Assembly (NCBI GenBank): GCA_934167685.1 | Contig: CAKPLQ010000003.1 | Span: 569-64,568 of the forward strand | Direction of reading: 5' to 3' | Length of the DNA: 64,000 nt | Source of the DNA: an uncultured Clostridia bacterium | GTDB taxonomy: Bacteria; Bacillota; Clostridia; TANB77; CAG-508 | Shown here: piece by piece, positions 36,670 to 45,994 of the stretch | How the letters are laid out: every line of letters starts with the position of its first letter | Numbering within the stretch: position 1 is the first letter of the stretch | Notes under the pieces: model-generated | Seen by the model: only the letters and a program-made list of their open reading frames with translations | What the model was told of the DNA's origin: nothing | Databases searched by the model: none | Position numbers and translations under genes: made by a program

Positions 36670-37969
36670 TTACATTTTTATAAATGGTTTGTTTGTCATT
36701 CCCATATTTCTATTTCCTTTTATGTATTTCTCTACTGCATATCTCATTGCATCCATCAAATGATTAAAATCATCTATTGGTTTATTTATTTTGTTTCCAA
36801 ACTTGTCCTCATCCCAAGTATAATTACTTATTTCTGTTATAAAGTTTACACATCTAGGGTGGATTATTATTTCAAAGTCTTGTATAAATTGAATACCATT
36901 ATTTATACTGTCTTTTCCTTTTAATGCACCTGTAATATGCCTTAACCCTAATCCTCTTAATTCATCTATTGACTTTGGCTCTGCACTATCTGCTGTTATC
37001 CTTTCTTTTGAATAGCCCATTTGATTTATTTTGTCATATATTGCTTTGTTGCTCATTCCTTTTTGATATATTTCGTCATATACATAAATTTTCTTATTTT
37101 TTAAATCTATTGCACCGCAAAATAGTGCTGTTGGGTCGTTTGTATAACCAAAATCTAGCCCAAAAGCACTATCTAAGTTTCTTATTGTATTTAATTCAAA
37201 TTTTTCTTCTTTCCAATTTTCATATACTAATCCATCTACTATACCCCAGTTACCTAATCCAGCAACCTGATATCTTCTAGGATTATTCTTTTTCATTCTT
37301 TCAAATACTTTTTTATCTGCTTCGTCTAGCCACTCATTACAAAGATAATTTGTTGTCATTGCTAATATATCGTCATCTTTAACATCAAAAAATCTTTTCT
37401 TTATCCAATGATGTTCATTCCAAGGATTTAGTGTTATTGTTATTTGCTTAAATAAACCTTCTGGAACTTCTCCGTCTTATACTTTCATCTATTACATCAA
37501 AATCAGATTCTTTTGTTATTTCGTATGCTTCTTCTATCCATAGCCAACACAAAACACCAATATCTACTGATATTGATGTTACTTTTAATGGGTCATCTAA
37601 ACCTCTAAAATATATTTTCTGTCCTGTAGGTTTATATGTCATTTCTAGTGGACTTTCTTTTATTTCCCAGAAACTATCTACCTGTAATCTATGTATTGCC
37701 CACTTTAACTCTGTAAAACAACTATCTTTTAATGTTCTAAATGTTTTTCTAATTACAAGTGTATTAGCTTCTTTATATTTCATCATGTTGCTTATTATCC
37801 ATAATGCTGTTGTCTTTGATTTTTTACTTGCTCTTGAACCTTTACATACTCTATATCTACATTTGCAATGCCAATATTCTGCATAACCTTTTCCAACTAT
37901 ACTTTGTAATGATAATTTGTTTATTTGTTGCTGTGTTTTTTTATTTATTATTTTACTCTGTAATGTCAT
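36670..37969 (-). pseudogene. terL: Terminase large subunit (PBSX-type) split by a 1-nt insertion
   Basis: The N-terminal ORF 37448-37969 carries Walker A-like KGSRASKKSKT and Walker B LWIEEAYE, and ends IRRRSSRRFI then a stop. The C-terminal ORF frame, read upstream of its Met, gives GEVPEGLFKQITITLNPWNEHHWIKKRFFDVKDDDILAMTTNYLCNEWL, a continuous terminase sequence. A TAA in the C-frame pins the shift to ATAAGA-C-GGAGAA (the extra base is near 37474). The span is 1300 nt (3n+1). Confidence 0.9.
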
Positions 37970-38372
37970 CTTGTATCACCACTGGTATATTGCCAGTTAC
38001 ATCTACTTTTTCTTTAAATGTGCCATATCTCTTACCAAGCAACTCTGCACATTTTGTCCTATCTTGTAATGAAGCATCTAGTCCAAATTGGTCTTTTTCC
38101 TCTCCTCTCATTACTTTTGTTAAGTATTGTAATACTTCATCTTGTGAGGCAATTCTTTGGTCTTCTTTTTCTTGAAGTTTTATCTTTATAAATTTGTCTA
38201 GTTTTGACAAGTTTTGTGAACCTATTCTATTAAGATTTTTTCCCTTATATCCAGCTTTTTTACAAGCTTCTGTTGCATTTGCTGTTTCTATATAGTAATC
38301 AATAAATCTCTTTTGCATTTCTGTTAATGCGTTATATTCCTCTTCTATATTTTCATATTCCATCTGCCTCAC
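37953..38372 (-). CDS. terS: Terminase small subunit (Terminase_2 type)
   Basis: 139 aa. MQKRFIDYYIETANATEACKKAGY...SQNLSK is the typical HTH N-terminus of this family. It overlaps the terL start. Confidence 0.8.
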   Translation of the reverse strand: MRQMEYENIEEEYNALTEMQKRFIDYYIETANATEACKKAGYKGKNLNRIGSQNLSKLDKFIKIKLQEKEDQRIASQDEVLQYLTKVMRGEEKDQFGLDASLQDRTKCAELLGKRYGTFKEKVDVTGNIPVVIQDDITE

Positions 38373-38634
38373 TTCCTTTTCTATATTCTTTTATTAAGTA
38401 TTTCATTACATCTACTTTACTATAACATTCTTCTTTCTGTTTATATCTATCTTGTAGTTCAAACTCGTCTGTTTCTTCGTTATATACTTCTACCTTTTCT
38501 CTTTTTAATATTTGATATTTAATACAATATTTACAATTCTTTTCACTATAAAATTGAAAATTGTTTATTTTATATATTTGTCCTTTTGTAGATAAGACAT
38601 ATAACAACTTATTTATGTTTCTATTTACATTCAT
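38353..38634 (-). CDS. Hypothetical phage protein
   Basis: 93 aa, in-operon, overlapping both neighbours. Confidence 0.5.
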   Translation of the reverse strand: MNVNRNINKLLYVLSTKGQIYKINNFQFYSEKNCKYCIKYQILKREKVEVYNEETDEFELQDRYKQKEECYSKVDVMKYLIKEYRKGSEADGI

Positions 38635-38980
38635 TCTCTACCTCAAAATACTTATCTACTATTTCATGAATAATATCATAAGAATTTGATACTATATCAG
38701 CAACATCTTCTTCTGAATATTGTCTTTCACAATGAGTTATATAATTATCTATATAACAATGTGTTAGTTCATGAATTAATGTTGATTTTTTTCTTGCTTC
38801 TGGTAAGTCTTCATCAATATATATTTTTAAAGTATCACAATATGTAATTCCATAGTATCTTGTATCTACTGATTTTAGATTTTCTTCTTCATTAGCTCTT
38901 CTTATGTTTTGCATATTCTTTATCTCTTGTTGAGATACTTCTGTTATTGTCCATTCTCTGTTATTTATTTTAAATTTCAT
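38621..38980 (-). CDS. Small HExxH zinc-metallopeptidase-like protein
   Basis: 119 aa with the LIHELTHCY motif. Confidence 0.55.
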   Translation of the reverse strand: MKFKINNREWTITEVSQQEIKNMQNIRRANEEENLKSVDTRYYGITYCDTLKIYIDEDLPEARKKSTLIHELTHCYIDNYITHCERQYSEEDVADIVSNSYDIIHEIVDKYFEVENECK

Positions 38981-38989
38981 TACTTCCTC

Positions 38990-39109
38990 CTAGATTATAG
39001 ATGTCATAGTCTTATGATTCTTCAAGTAGTCTTTTGCACTCCAATACTTAAGTCCTTTTTCTTTGCATTTCTTTATGTACTCTTCTGCTTTTGGTTTTGT
39101 CCACTTCAT
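38990..39109 (-). CDS. Small basic protein (39 aa)
   Basis: Below the track cutoff. GGAGGAAATATCA RBS then ATG at 39109. Sequence MKWTKPKAEEYIKKCKEKGLKYWSAKDYLKNHKTMTSII. Confidence 0.4.
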   Translation of the reverse strand: MKWTKPKAEEYIKKCKEKGLKYWSAKDYLKNHKTMTSII

Positions 39110-39121
39110 TGATATTTCCTC

Positions 39122-39406
39122 CTATAAATACATTAAAAATTTTCCGTACCCTTTTGCACAAATCTCTTCTATTCTGCAACCTCTTGCTTGTTGCCATCCT
39201 GGCATAAACACAACTGCATCTGCCTTATCTAATAATTCAATTGACTTTGACAAATAAAATAGTGGACTCTTATTTTCTGATATATCCAATACAGTATCTA
39301 TTACTTCATGTCCTTCTGCTTCTAGTTTCAATATCAATTCAGCTCTTTCTTCTCTTATTTGTTCGTTTGACTTCCCTCTCATAGGTTGACTTATCATTAT
39401 TTTCAT
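39122..39406 (-). CDS. DUF4406-family (nucleoside 2-deoxyribosyltransferase-like) protein
   Basis: 94 aa. MISQPMRGKS and ADAVVFMPGWQQARGCRIEEICA fit the DUF4406 pattern from memory. Confidence 0.6.
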   Translation of the reverse strand: MKIMISQPMRGKSNEQIREERAELILKLEAEGHEVIDTVLDISENKSPLFYLSKSIELLDKADAVVFMPGWQQARGCRIEEICAKGYGKFLMYL

Positions 39407-39736
39407 TTTTCATTCTCCTTTTCGGTTTATAATTAAAACAGATGCCATAGTTTTTACAACCGTTGCATCTGTTTTTCATACAATATTTTATATTCATATG
39501 TTACTCTTTCTTTATAAGCTCTGTGTAATGATACAGGAGCTATGTTCTCCTTCGTGGTTAAGTTCTTTTATAGTTACCAATAAAACCGTAGTATTACCTG
39601 CGTTAAAACCTAAACATATTTTTTATATCACTACGCACAACTTACAAATATAAAATTAAAGCTCACTAGAAAAGCTCTACAAAATGAAAGGTCGTGATTT
39701 TTTATTTATATCAACATATCTAGTATCTGTTAATAC

Positions 39737-39937
39737 CTAATTTCTTGTAATTCCTTTTATTGCCCAAAATTGTGCCTCTTCTAATTTAGTAATTGCCAAA
39801 CTTGTTTCCCTTGAACTTTTACAATTTTCTTCAATAAAATCATACATTTTTGAGAACATTTCTCTAATACTATCAATTTTTTGTTGTTTTTCTTCATTAA
39901 CTTCTAAATACTTTGCTTTATCATTCATTATATACAT
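39737..39937 (-). CDS. Small helical phage protein
   Basis: 66 aa. The motif SRETSLAITKLEEAQFWAIKGI recurs in small phage proteins. I cannot name the family with confidence. Confidence 0.5.
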   Translation of the reverse strand: MYIMNDKAKYLEVNEEKQQKIDSIREMFSKMYDFIEENCKSSRETSLAITKLEEAQFWAIKGITRN

Positions 39938-40080
39938 CCTTTCAAAAATAATAAAAGAGCAAACATTTAAAACATCTGCTCTTAATTAGGATATCTCGGC
40001 TCTGAAGTATCACTTTTTCATATGTGATACCTTTTCACATTACTATTATAACACCGTTTTTTATTAAAATTACGCCAATT

Positions 40081-40485
40081 TTACGCCAACTTTTTTAATT
40101 CTTCACTTACTGCTGTAACTAATTCACTTTTTCTTCTCACAAAAGTTCTTTCCGACATGCCATTATTTATTAAGTCCCATTTACTTTTGCATTGTATGTA
40201 TATAGTTTCAAATATTTTCTTACTATCTTCACTTACTAATTGTAATGCCATCTGTACTGCTTTAACTTCTTTTATAGCTTTTTTCAACTCCTTATCTTCT
40301 TGTAGTTGTATTACACTATTTAAAACCATGTCTGACTTTGTATATTTTGCTTTCGGCATTCCATCCATATTCAATCCACTAATGCTCATTATATCTTCTC
40401 TTATTGACATTATCTTTATACAGTTGTAATTATATCTCTTTAAACAATTCACTGCTTTTTTGTATTCTTCATTTGGTAATCTCAT
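40081..40485 (-). CDS. ArpU/RinA-type late transcription regulator
   Basis: About 134 aa. GAGGAGG RBS before the ATG at 40485 (MRLPNEEYKKAVNCLKRYNYN...). The size, the N-terminal LKxY motif and the position upstream of the packaging genes match the ArpU family. Confidence 0.65.
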   Translation of the reverse strand: MRLPNEEYKKAVNCLKRYNYNCIKIMSIREDIMSISGLNMDGMPKAKYTKSDMVLNSVIQLQEDKELKKAIKEVKAVQMALQLVSEDSKKIFETIYIQCKSKWDLINNGMSERTFVRRKSELVTAVSEELKKLA

Positions 40486-40663
40486 CTGTATCCTCCTCAT
40501 ATAAAAAGTATATTCTATATTTATGTTTCACTAAATTGCTTTTATTTAATGCTCGTCCTACTTCTCTTGCTGTTAAATTTAAAAATCTTACTATTTCTGG
40601 CAATGTTCCTACTTTCATACATTGCTCTGATTCTTTTTCATTGTATATTCCGTATATGTTCAT
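40469..40663 (-). CDS. Hypothetical phage protein
   Basis: 64 aa, in-operon. LPEIVRFLNLTAREVGRAL suggests an HTH. Confidence 0.45.
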   Translation of the reverse strand: MNIYGIYNEKESEQCMKVGTLPEIVRFLNLTAREVGRALNKSNLVKHKYRIYFLYEEDTDEITK

Positions 40664-40674
40664 TTGTAATTCTC

Positions 40675-40872
40675 CTACATTTTTATTCTTGTTTTCTTTA
40701 TTGTTGTATCTGGCTTTACTATTTCTTTCACTAATCCTAAATCATATCTTTGAAATGTCTCTTTTACTCCTGTTATCATGTCTTTGTATAATATGAAATT
40801 AGGATATTCTTTTACAAATATGTACTCATGTCCATTTTTGCTAATTATTTTTGGTATTTTCATTTGTATCAC
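40675..40872 (-). CDS. Hypothetical phage protein
   Basis: 65 aa, with an ATGA overlap with the upstream gene. Confidence 0.45.
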   Translation of the reverse strand: MIQMKIPKIISKNGHEYIFVKEYPNFILYKDMITGVKETFQRYDLGLVKEIVKPDTTIKKTRIKM

Positions 40873-41075
40873 TCCGTTTCTTTCAAATATCTATATATTA
40901 CATTCTCTACTTTTGCTAACGCTTCATAACTGCTTATATATTTTCCATCGTGTCTGTGTTTCATTGTTGCTCTTATTATCTTTATTTGCTGATTATACTC
41001 TCTTCTATATATTTCTGCTAGTTTATTTTTACTTAATCCTTGCTGCCATTTTTCTATTATTTCTTTATCTGTCAT
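40869..41075 (-). CDS. Hypothetical phage protein (HTH-like)
   Basis: 68 aa. KWQQGLSKNKLAEIYRREYN is HTH-like. Confidence 0.45.
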   Translation of the reverse strand: MTDKEIIEKWQQGLSKNKLAEIYRREYNQQIKIIRATMKHRHDGKYISSYEALAKVENVIYRYLKETE

Positions 41076-41113
41076 TTACTACACCTCTTGTGTAGTATGC
41101 TCTTTTATTTGTT

Positions 41114-41504
41114 TTATATTTCCTTTGTTATTCTCTTATAATATTCTTTTACCCACTCTTTACTGTGAATCGGTGTTGTTAATTGTTCTGACATTAAATC
41201 TATTATTTTGTCTTTCTCAATATTTTTTGCATTTGCTAAGTCTAATTGATTTTGTAATATATGTGTATCTCTATCATATTCTTCTTTTAAATTATGACAT
41301 TGTTTGCTTAGAAGTTGATTTGTTCTTGCTAATCCGTACTGGACTTAGTTCTCCTACTTTGCTTTCTGCTATTTCTTTGATGTCTTTTAACATCTCTAAT
41401 TCTTTATTCTTATCTTTTAATTGTTTTCGTATCTTATAATATCTATTTTTCCACTTTTTTCTGCTTTGCATTAAACTGTTTATTCCTTTTTGTTCATTTG
41501 TCAT
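41114..41504 (-). pseudogene. Coiled-coil phage protein, probable 1-nt frame disruption
   Basis: The track ORF 41292-41504 ends ...KQTMS. The +1 frame is open for 76 codons with no usable start: VQYGLARTNQLLSKQCHNLKEEYDRDTHILQNQLDLANAKNIEKDKIIDLMSEQLTTPIHSKEWVKEYYKRITKEI. It stops at 41114. The span is 391 nt (3n+1). Confidence 0.45.
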
Positions 41505-41507
41505 AGG

Positions 41508-41819
41508 TCAGCCCTCCTCTAAATCGCTAAATGTTTTCTTATACTCTTCTATTGCGTTTAATTGATTTAGTATCTCTTTTACTTCATCAGTCTCTAACAA
41601 TTCAATATAATCTTTATCTGTATACAAAACATTAGAATCTTTAACATATTCTCCTATATGCACGAAAAATTGTCCTTTTTGTGTTTTGTATAATGTATGT
41701 ATATATTGTGGATATGTATCAAAAACTAATCCGTTGTGCTTTACTGCTTTTCTATATTTAATTATTTCTTCTGCTTTGTCTGTATCATAAACTTTGTTAT
41801 TTAATAAATATCTTCCCAT
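41508..41819 (-). CDS. Hypothetical phage protein
   Basis: 103 aa, in-operon. Confidence 0.5.
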   Translation of the reverse strand: MGRYLLNNKVYDTDKAEEIIKYRKAVKHNGLVFDTYPQYIHTLYKTQKGQFFVHIGEYVKDSNVLYTDKDYIELLETDEVKEILNQLNAIEEYKKTFSDLEEG

Positions 41820-41820
41820 T

Positions 41821-42204
41821 TTATTCTTTCTCCAACTTCTTTACTCTTTTATCTATTTGTTTTACTATTCGTAATAGTTCTTCTATATCTTCACAATTAT
41901 TTACTATATACTTTCTTAATTCTTTTTCTTTTTCATTATCGTCGCTTGATTTTGTTATCATCCCCTGTTTATTATTCGTGCAATATATTTTTTCTATTTC
42001 ATCTTCTATTAATTCAAATTCAGTAGTTGCAAGTCTTATATCGTCATACTCCTCTGTTAAAAAACAATCATAATCAACACTTTTAAAATTTCTTCCATTA
42101 AATGTATAAGTTGCATTTCCATCACTTTTTATTTTTCTTCCTTCCTTTATTTCTCCATCTGCTATGGCTTTCATTAATTCCCAGCCTTTATATATTTTTC
42201 CCAT
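41821..42204 (-). CDS. Hypothetical phage protein
   Basis: 127 aa, in-operon. Confidence 0.5.
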   Translation of the reverse strand: MGKIYKGWELMKAIADGEIKEGRKIKSDGNATYTFNGRNFKSVDYDCFLTEEYDDIRLATTEFELIEDEIEKIYCTNNKQGMITKSSDDNEKEKELRKYIVNNCEDIEELLRIVKQIDKRVKKLEKE

Positions 42205-42610
42205 TATTCTCCTCTCTTTCTTCTATTAGTTCTTGTAAAACATTTATTTTTTTATCAATATCTTGTTGTTCTCTGCTTTCGATTTTATATCCCATATAAT
42301 TATCGTATTTTTTCATTCGCTTTTTCTTCAATCTTTCTATCTTGTCTTTTACTTTTTGTTTTGAAATATAATCATTTCTTAAAATCTTATTTAGCATTTC
42401 TGGAGTACATATTTTACTAACTGTATTCTCAAAATACCACTTTCTGACTGCTTTTAATTCTTCATTCTCTTTTTGTAGTTTTTCTATTAGATTTAATACT
42501 ATTTTTATACTTTTTGAATCTTCTGATGATATTTCTTTATAATTTCTTGTTTTGCCTCTAAATTCAAATGTATTTAATATTTCAACAGCTTCCTTTTCTT
42601 CCTCGTTCAT
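42188..42610 (-). CDS. Hypothetical coiled-coil phage protein
   Basis: 140 aa, in-operon. Confidence 0.5.
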   Translation of the reverse strand: MNEEEKEAVEILNTFEFRGKTRNYKEISSEDSKSIKIVLNLIEKLQKENEELKAVRKWYFENTVSKICTPEMLNKILRNDYISKQKVKDKIERLKKKRMKKYDNYMGYKIESREQQDIDKKINVLQELIEEREENNGKNI

Positions 42611-43093
42611 TTATTCCTCACCTCTTAAAAATGATAATAATTCATCCGCATACATTGCTTTATCAGTACTTGCCAAATATTCATCATCTGCTGTCTGTAT
42701 CCATTGTTGCTCTTTACTATCCTTTTCTAATTTTTTTATTAAACTATTTATTTTTTCATTCTCTTTCTCTTGTCTTCTAAATTGTCCTTTGTATGAACTT
42801 AATGTATTTTGTAATTTATTGAAATCTTTTTGTTTTTCATTTAATATTGCTAATTCAGCTTTTTGATTTTCTATTTTCTCTGTTTTGTGTTCATTCTCTT
42901 TTAATACTCTTTTATAATCTGATAAAATAACATCAACATACTTTTTTCTAGTAGTAACAAAATTTTCAATGCCTTCTCTTTTAAAAGTTCTCAACAATTC
43001 ATACATTTTTATTTTCTTACCATTTGATAATTTCTCCAATGCTTCTTCTATGTCTTCGACATTTGTGTCGGTTACCTCTCTATTTTCTTTCAC
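42611..43093 (-). CDS. Hypothetical coiled-coil phage protein
   Basis: 160 aa, in-operon. Confidence 0.5.
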   Translation of the reverse strand: MKENREVTDTNVEDIEEALEKLSNGKKIKMYELLRTFKREGIENFVTTRKKYVDVILSDYKRVLKENEHKTEKIENQKAELAILNEKQKDFNKLQNTLSSYKGQFRRQEKENEKINSLIKKLEKDSKEQQWIQTADDEYLASTDKAMYADELLSFLRGEE

Positions 43094-43105
43094 TTAAAAC
43101 ACCTC

Positions 43106-43582
43106 CTACACTATTTGTTTATCAACTACTTTTACTCTCCAATTTCCAAAACTACCTTTAAATATCATACTTCCTACTCTGAAATCATCTGCTATTGTAT
43201 CTCCAACATTGTACTTGTTATAATATTCTTCTGATACTTCTATATAAATGTCTATGTCATTCATAGCATCTTTTAAGTGTTCACTTACACTTAATGTTAA
43301 ATGTGATTGTGATATATTAATTTTCATTATATATTTTGCAGTTCCATCTAATACTTTATTTTGTTGATTTATTTTATTATTTATATTTGATAATTCATTA
43401 TTCTTATTTGATATTTGTATGTTCAAGTCATTTTCTTCTTGTTTTAACTGTTTTATTGTTTCTATGTACTTTTTATCATCTTCTGATAATACTTTATATT
43501 TATTATTTTTTATGCCTAATGTTATCCCTAATACAACATTTATGATTATTAATATAATTAATATAGTTTCTTTATATTTCAT
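43106..43582 (-). CDS. Membrane-anchored coiled-coil protein
   Basis: 158 aa with an N-terminal TM (ILIILIIINVVLGITLGI). Confidence 0.5.
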   Translation of the reverse strand: MKYKETILIILIIINVVLGITLGIKNNKYKVLSEDDKKYIETIKQLKQEENDLNIQISNKNNELSNINNKINQQNKVLDGTAKYIMKINISQSHLTLSVSEHLKDAMNDIDIYIEVSEEYYNKYNVGDTIADDFRVGSMIFKGSFGNWRVKVVDKQIV

Positions 43583-43589
43583 ATCTTAT

Positions 43590-43847
43590 TTACTCCTCTC
43601 CGTATAACAATGGTTTTCCATCTTTATCTACTAATACTGTTATTCCTCCACCAGTTTTATAGTAATTAAACATAAAATATTCAACTTTGGTTTCTTTGTC
43701 ATACATAACTTTTCCATTACGCTCCTGTTGTATTATTACAAATCTTTCATTTTCTGCATAATTATTTGATATTGTTACATCTTTTAATAACCAACCTGTT
43801 AATACAATTCCTATTATTATTAATAAACTTATTATTATTTTTTTCAT
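43590..43847 (-). CDS. Small membrane-anchored protein (DUF6440-like?)
   Basis: 85 aa. An N-terminal TM, and TKVEYFMF...GGGITVLVDKDGKPLLY resembles the DUF6440 pattern from memory. Confidence 0.5.
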   Translation of the reverse strand: MKKIIISLLIIIGIVLTGWLLKDVTISNNYAENERFVIIQQERNGKVMYDKETKVEYFMFNYYKTGGGITVLVDKDGKPLLYGEE

Positions 43848-43850
43848 CTC

Positions 43851-44036
43851 TTATTCTTCCCTTTCTTTCAGCATATTCATATATACTTGCTTTTCTTCTA
43901 TTTGCTCATTTAAGCTTTGTTCCAATATCTTTATTCGTGTTTTTCTTTCATCTTTAACTATTGTTATTATTGTTAAAGATATTAGTATTGCTATAATACA
44001 TATTACTTCTCCAATAAATTCTATTGTTTTATTCAT
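43851..44036 (-). CDS. Small single-TM protein
   Basis: 61 aa with the TM VICIIAILISLTIITIV. Confidence 0.45.
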   Translation of the reverse strand: MNKTIEFIGEVICIIAILISLTIITIVKDERKTRIKILEQSLNEQIEEKQVYMNMLKEREE

Positions 44037-44066
44037 ATCTTATTTACTCCTTTGCTCCATTTTTGG

Positions 44067-44423
44067 TTAACTTCTATGCCTAATTTCAAATAGTTTATTC
44101 ATATTTATTTTTTTAAAATCAAATATTATTTGTTTTGGTCTAAAATCACTTTCATATAAGCTACAAACCCACTTGTAATGCAATCTTATATCTGGTGGTA
44201 TTGATTCTTGAATCAAATCAAATCCTGTTTTAATTATCATCACATCCTCAATGACTTCTTCGTATTCACTATAATTATCAAGGAATTTCAAAACTGCTTT
44301 TCCTTCATCTTCCGTCACATTTAAAACTATTCTTTTTCCATTAAAGAATGCTTGTTCTATTTGCTTATATATTTTTATATAATTTGGTTCAAATATCTTT
44401 TGTATAATTTCTTTTAGATTCAT
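44067..44423 (-). CDS. Hypothetical phage protein
   Basis: 118 aa, in-operon. Confidence 0.5.
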   Translation of the reverse strand: MNLKEIIQKIFEPNYIKIYKQIEQAFFNGKRIVLNVTEDEGKAVLKFLDNYSEYEEVIEDVMIIKTGFDLIQESIPPDIRLHYKWVCSLYESDFRPKQIIFDFKKINMNKLFEIRHRS

Positions 44424-44427
44424 ATTT

Positions 44428-44643
44428 TTACTCCTTTACTACTAAATCTGCTTTGATTAAATCGTAAGTTAAATTATATGTTAAATTGCATAAATCTAAT
44501 ATTTCATATCTTCTGTTTCTAATATCTATACTTGCAAAATTGTGTTCTTTTTTTCTTAAAACTAATAAATGTGTATATTCATATTTTCTAAATTCAAACT
44601 TTTCAAGTTCTTTTAAATCTACATCATCTCTTATTCTCCACAT
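44428..44643 (-). CDS. Hypothetical phage protein
   Basis: 71 aa, in-operon. Confidence 0.45.
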   Translation of the reverse strand: MWRIRDDVDLKELEKFEFRKYEYTHLLVLRKKEHNFASIDIRNRRYEILDLCNLTYNLTYDLIKADLVVKE

Positions 44644-45031
44644 ATCTATTCTCCTCTTCTTTTAATATTTCTTCTTTTGCTTTATACCAGCTATTATGTA
44701 TTTTTAATTTACTATTTTGCTCGATATGTTCTATTATTTTAAATAACAAGCATGTATCTTCTTTTAAATCATTTATAGAATTATAAGCCTCTAATGGTGG
44801 GTCTACTCTCTTAGCATTTTTACTTATTTTGAATATCAATATCGGTTGAAATAATCCGCTTCCAATCATATTTCTTGGATATAACATTTGTAGTAATATT
44901 CTCCACTCTGTATTTTCTACATCATTTATATATTTACTCACTATATTTTCTACTATTTCTTCTGTAAAGTCATAATATTTGTATCTTCCACTTTCAATTA
45001 ATTTTTTATCATCTTCTTTATAATTTAACAT
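44624..45031 (-). CDS. Hypothetical phage protein
   Basis: 135 aa, in-operon. Confidence 0.5.
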   Translation of the reverse strand: MLNYKEDDKKLIESGRYKYYDFTEEIVENIVSKYINDVENTEWRILLQMLYPRNMIGSGLFQPILIFKISKNAKRVDPPLEAYNSINDLKEDTCLLFKIIEHIEQNSKLKIHNSWYKAKEEILKEEENRYVENKR

Positions 45032-45044
45032 ATCTATTCTCCTC

Positions 45045-45290
45045 CTAATCTTTAAAAACCGGAAATGACTTTATTATTCTTGTTGATATTGATATTTCAT
45101 TGTTGCATATCCAATTTTGTAATTCATTCTCACAATTTTCACATAAATCAAATGACTTTTTGAATATAGAGTTCTTTTCTCTTTTCGCATATGTATATAA
45201 TCCTACAAAGCCTTTCCTGTATGTATATCCTATTTCCGTTCCACATTTATCGCAAAAATATTTTGGATGCCTTGTTGTTCCTCTATTCAT
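45045..45290 (-). CDS. Zinc-ribbon protein
   Basis: 81 aa with two CxxC pairs (CDKCG and CENCENE). Confidence 0.5.
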   Translation of the reverse strand: MNRGTTRHPKYFCDKCGTEIGYTYRKGFVGLYTYAKREKNSIFKKSFDLCENCENELQNWICNNEISISTRIIKSFPVFKD

Positions 45291-45678
45291 CTTCTCCTCC
45301 TACTTTATAGCAATTAGCCATATATTGCTCTTTTGTTAGTATTGTTTGTATATCATCTTCCCATAAAGTACATTCACTACTATCTTTACTGCTATCTATA
45401 TCAACACATTTTCCACTCGGGCAAGGTTCTTTATTTATCACATTTATTACTTTATAACCGTTCACAAAATCTCCTATTTCTATTAAATCTATTAATTGTT
45501 TGCTGTGTTTTACTATGTCTGTTGTTTTAATAATTCCGTATTCTTTTCCTTCAAAATCTTCTATTCCTGTAAAATATAAATATTTATTTACTGTTTTATT
45601 GTTGTCTATTCTATCGATTCTTTTAATTCCTTTATTGTTTGTTCTTACATATTCATTTACTTCAATTCTATCTTCCAT
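45283..45678 (-). CDS. Hypothetical phage protein
   Basis: GAGGAGG RBS 7 nt before the ATG at 45678 (MEDRIEV...). Confidence 0.5.
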   Translation of the reverse strand: MEDRIEVNEYVRTNNKGIKRIDRIDNNKTVNKYLYFTGIEDFEGKEYGIIKTTDIVKHSKQLIDLIEIGDFVNGYKVINVINKEPCPSGKCVDIDSSKDSSECTLWEDDIQTILTKEQYMANCYKVGGEDE

Positions 45679-45688
45679 ATAAACCTCC

Positions 45689-45994
45689 TCATTCTTTCGG
45701 CATTTCATATACTTTTGGTATATTAAATATGTTTGGTTGTATATTCATACCTCCTTGCATAAAAGCCACTCCCCCTTTTAATTCCAAATAACTTGAATAT
45801 TTTTCAACTATTTCTTTTAATACTTCTTTTGCTCTTTCTATTGTTTTATATGCCCCTAACATCTCTCCATCTATATAAATCGGATATACTATCTGCTCAA
45901 TTTGATTTATTTTAACCTCTTCATCTTCTATCCATATGTTTTTTGCAGTTTTAAAATTAAATATTTGTAATTTATCTTGACTTACTATTATCAT
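45689..45994 (-). CDS. Hypothetical phage protein
   Basis: AAGGAGG RBS before the ATG at 45994 (MIIVSQDKLQIF...). The longer track start would overlap the upstream gene by 86 nt. Confidence 0.5.
   Translation of the reverse strand: MIIVSQDKLQIFNFKTAKNIWIEDEEVKINQIEQIVYPIYIDGEMLGAYKTIERAKEVLKEIVEKYSSYLELKGGVAFMQGGMNIQPNIFNIPKVYEMPKE

Noticed and set aside
39427-39580. 50-aa Cys-rich ORF (MNIKYCMKNRCNGCKNYGICFNYKPKRR...)
   Set aside because: The RBS is weak. It overlaps the DUF4406 gene start out of frame by ~70 nt, and its Cys codons coincide with a hairpin stem. The region is more likely a structural element.
39481-39736. Possible tRNA or structured ncRNA in the 330-bp gap
   Set aside because: I could not fold a cloverleaf and recognised no Rfam-like motif by eye. 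It is kept only as a regulatory-region finding.
39737-39937. Assigning the 66-aa protein to a specific anti-CBASS sponge family (Acb2-like)
   Set aside because: My recollection of that family's sequence signature is not reliable enough. I left the call as an unassigned small helical protein pending an HMM search.
40157-41439. Series of plus-strand ORFs in the early region
   Set aside because: They are antisense to tightly packed minus-strand genes. Their composition is Leu/Phe/Ser-rich and they lack RBSs.
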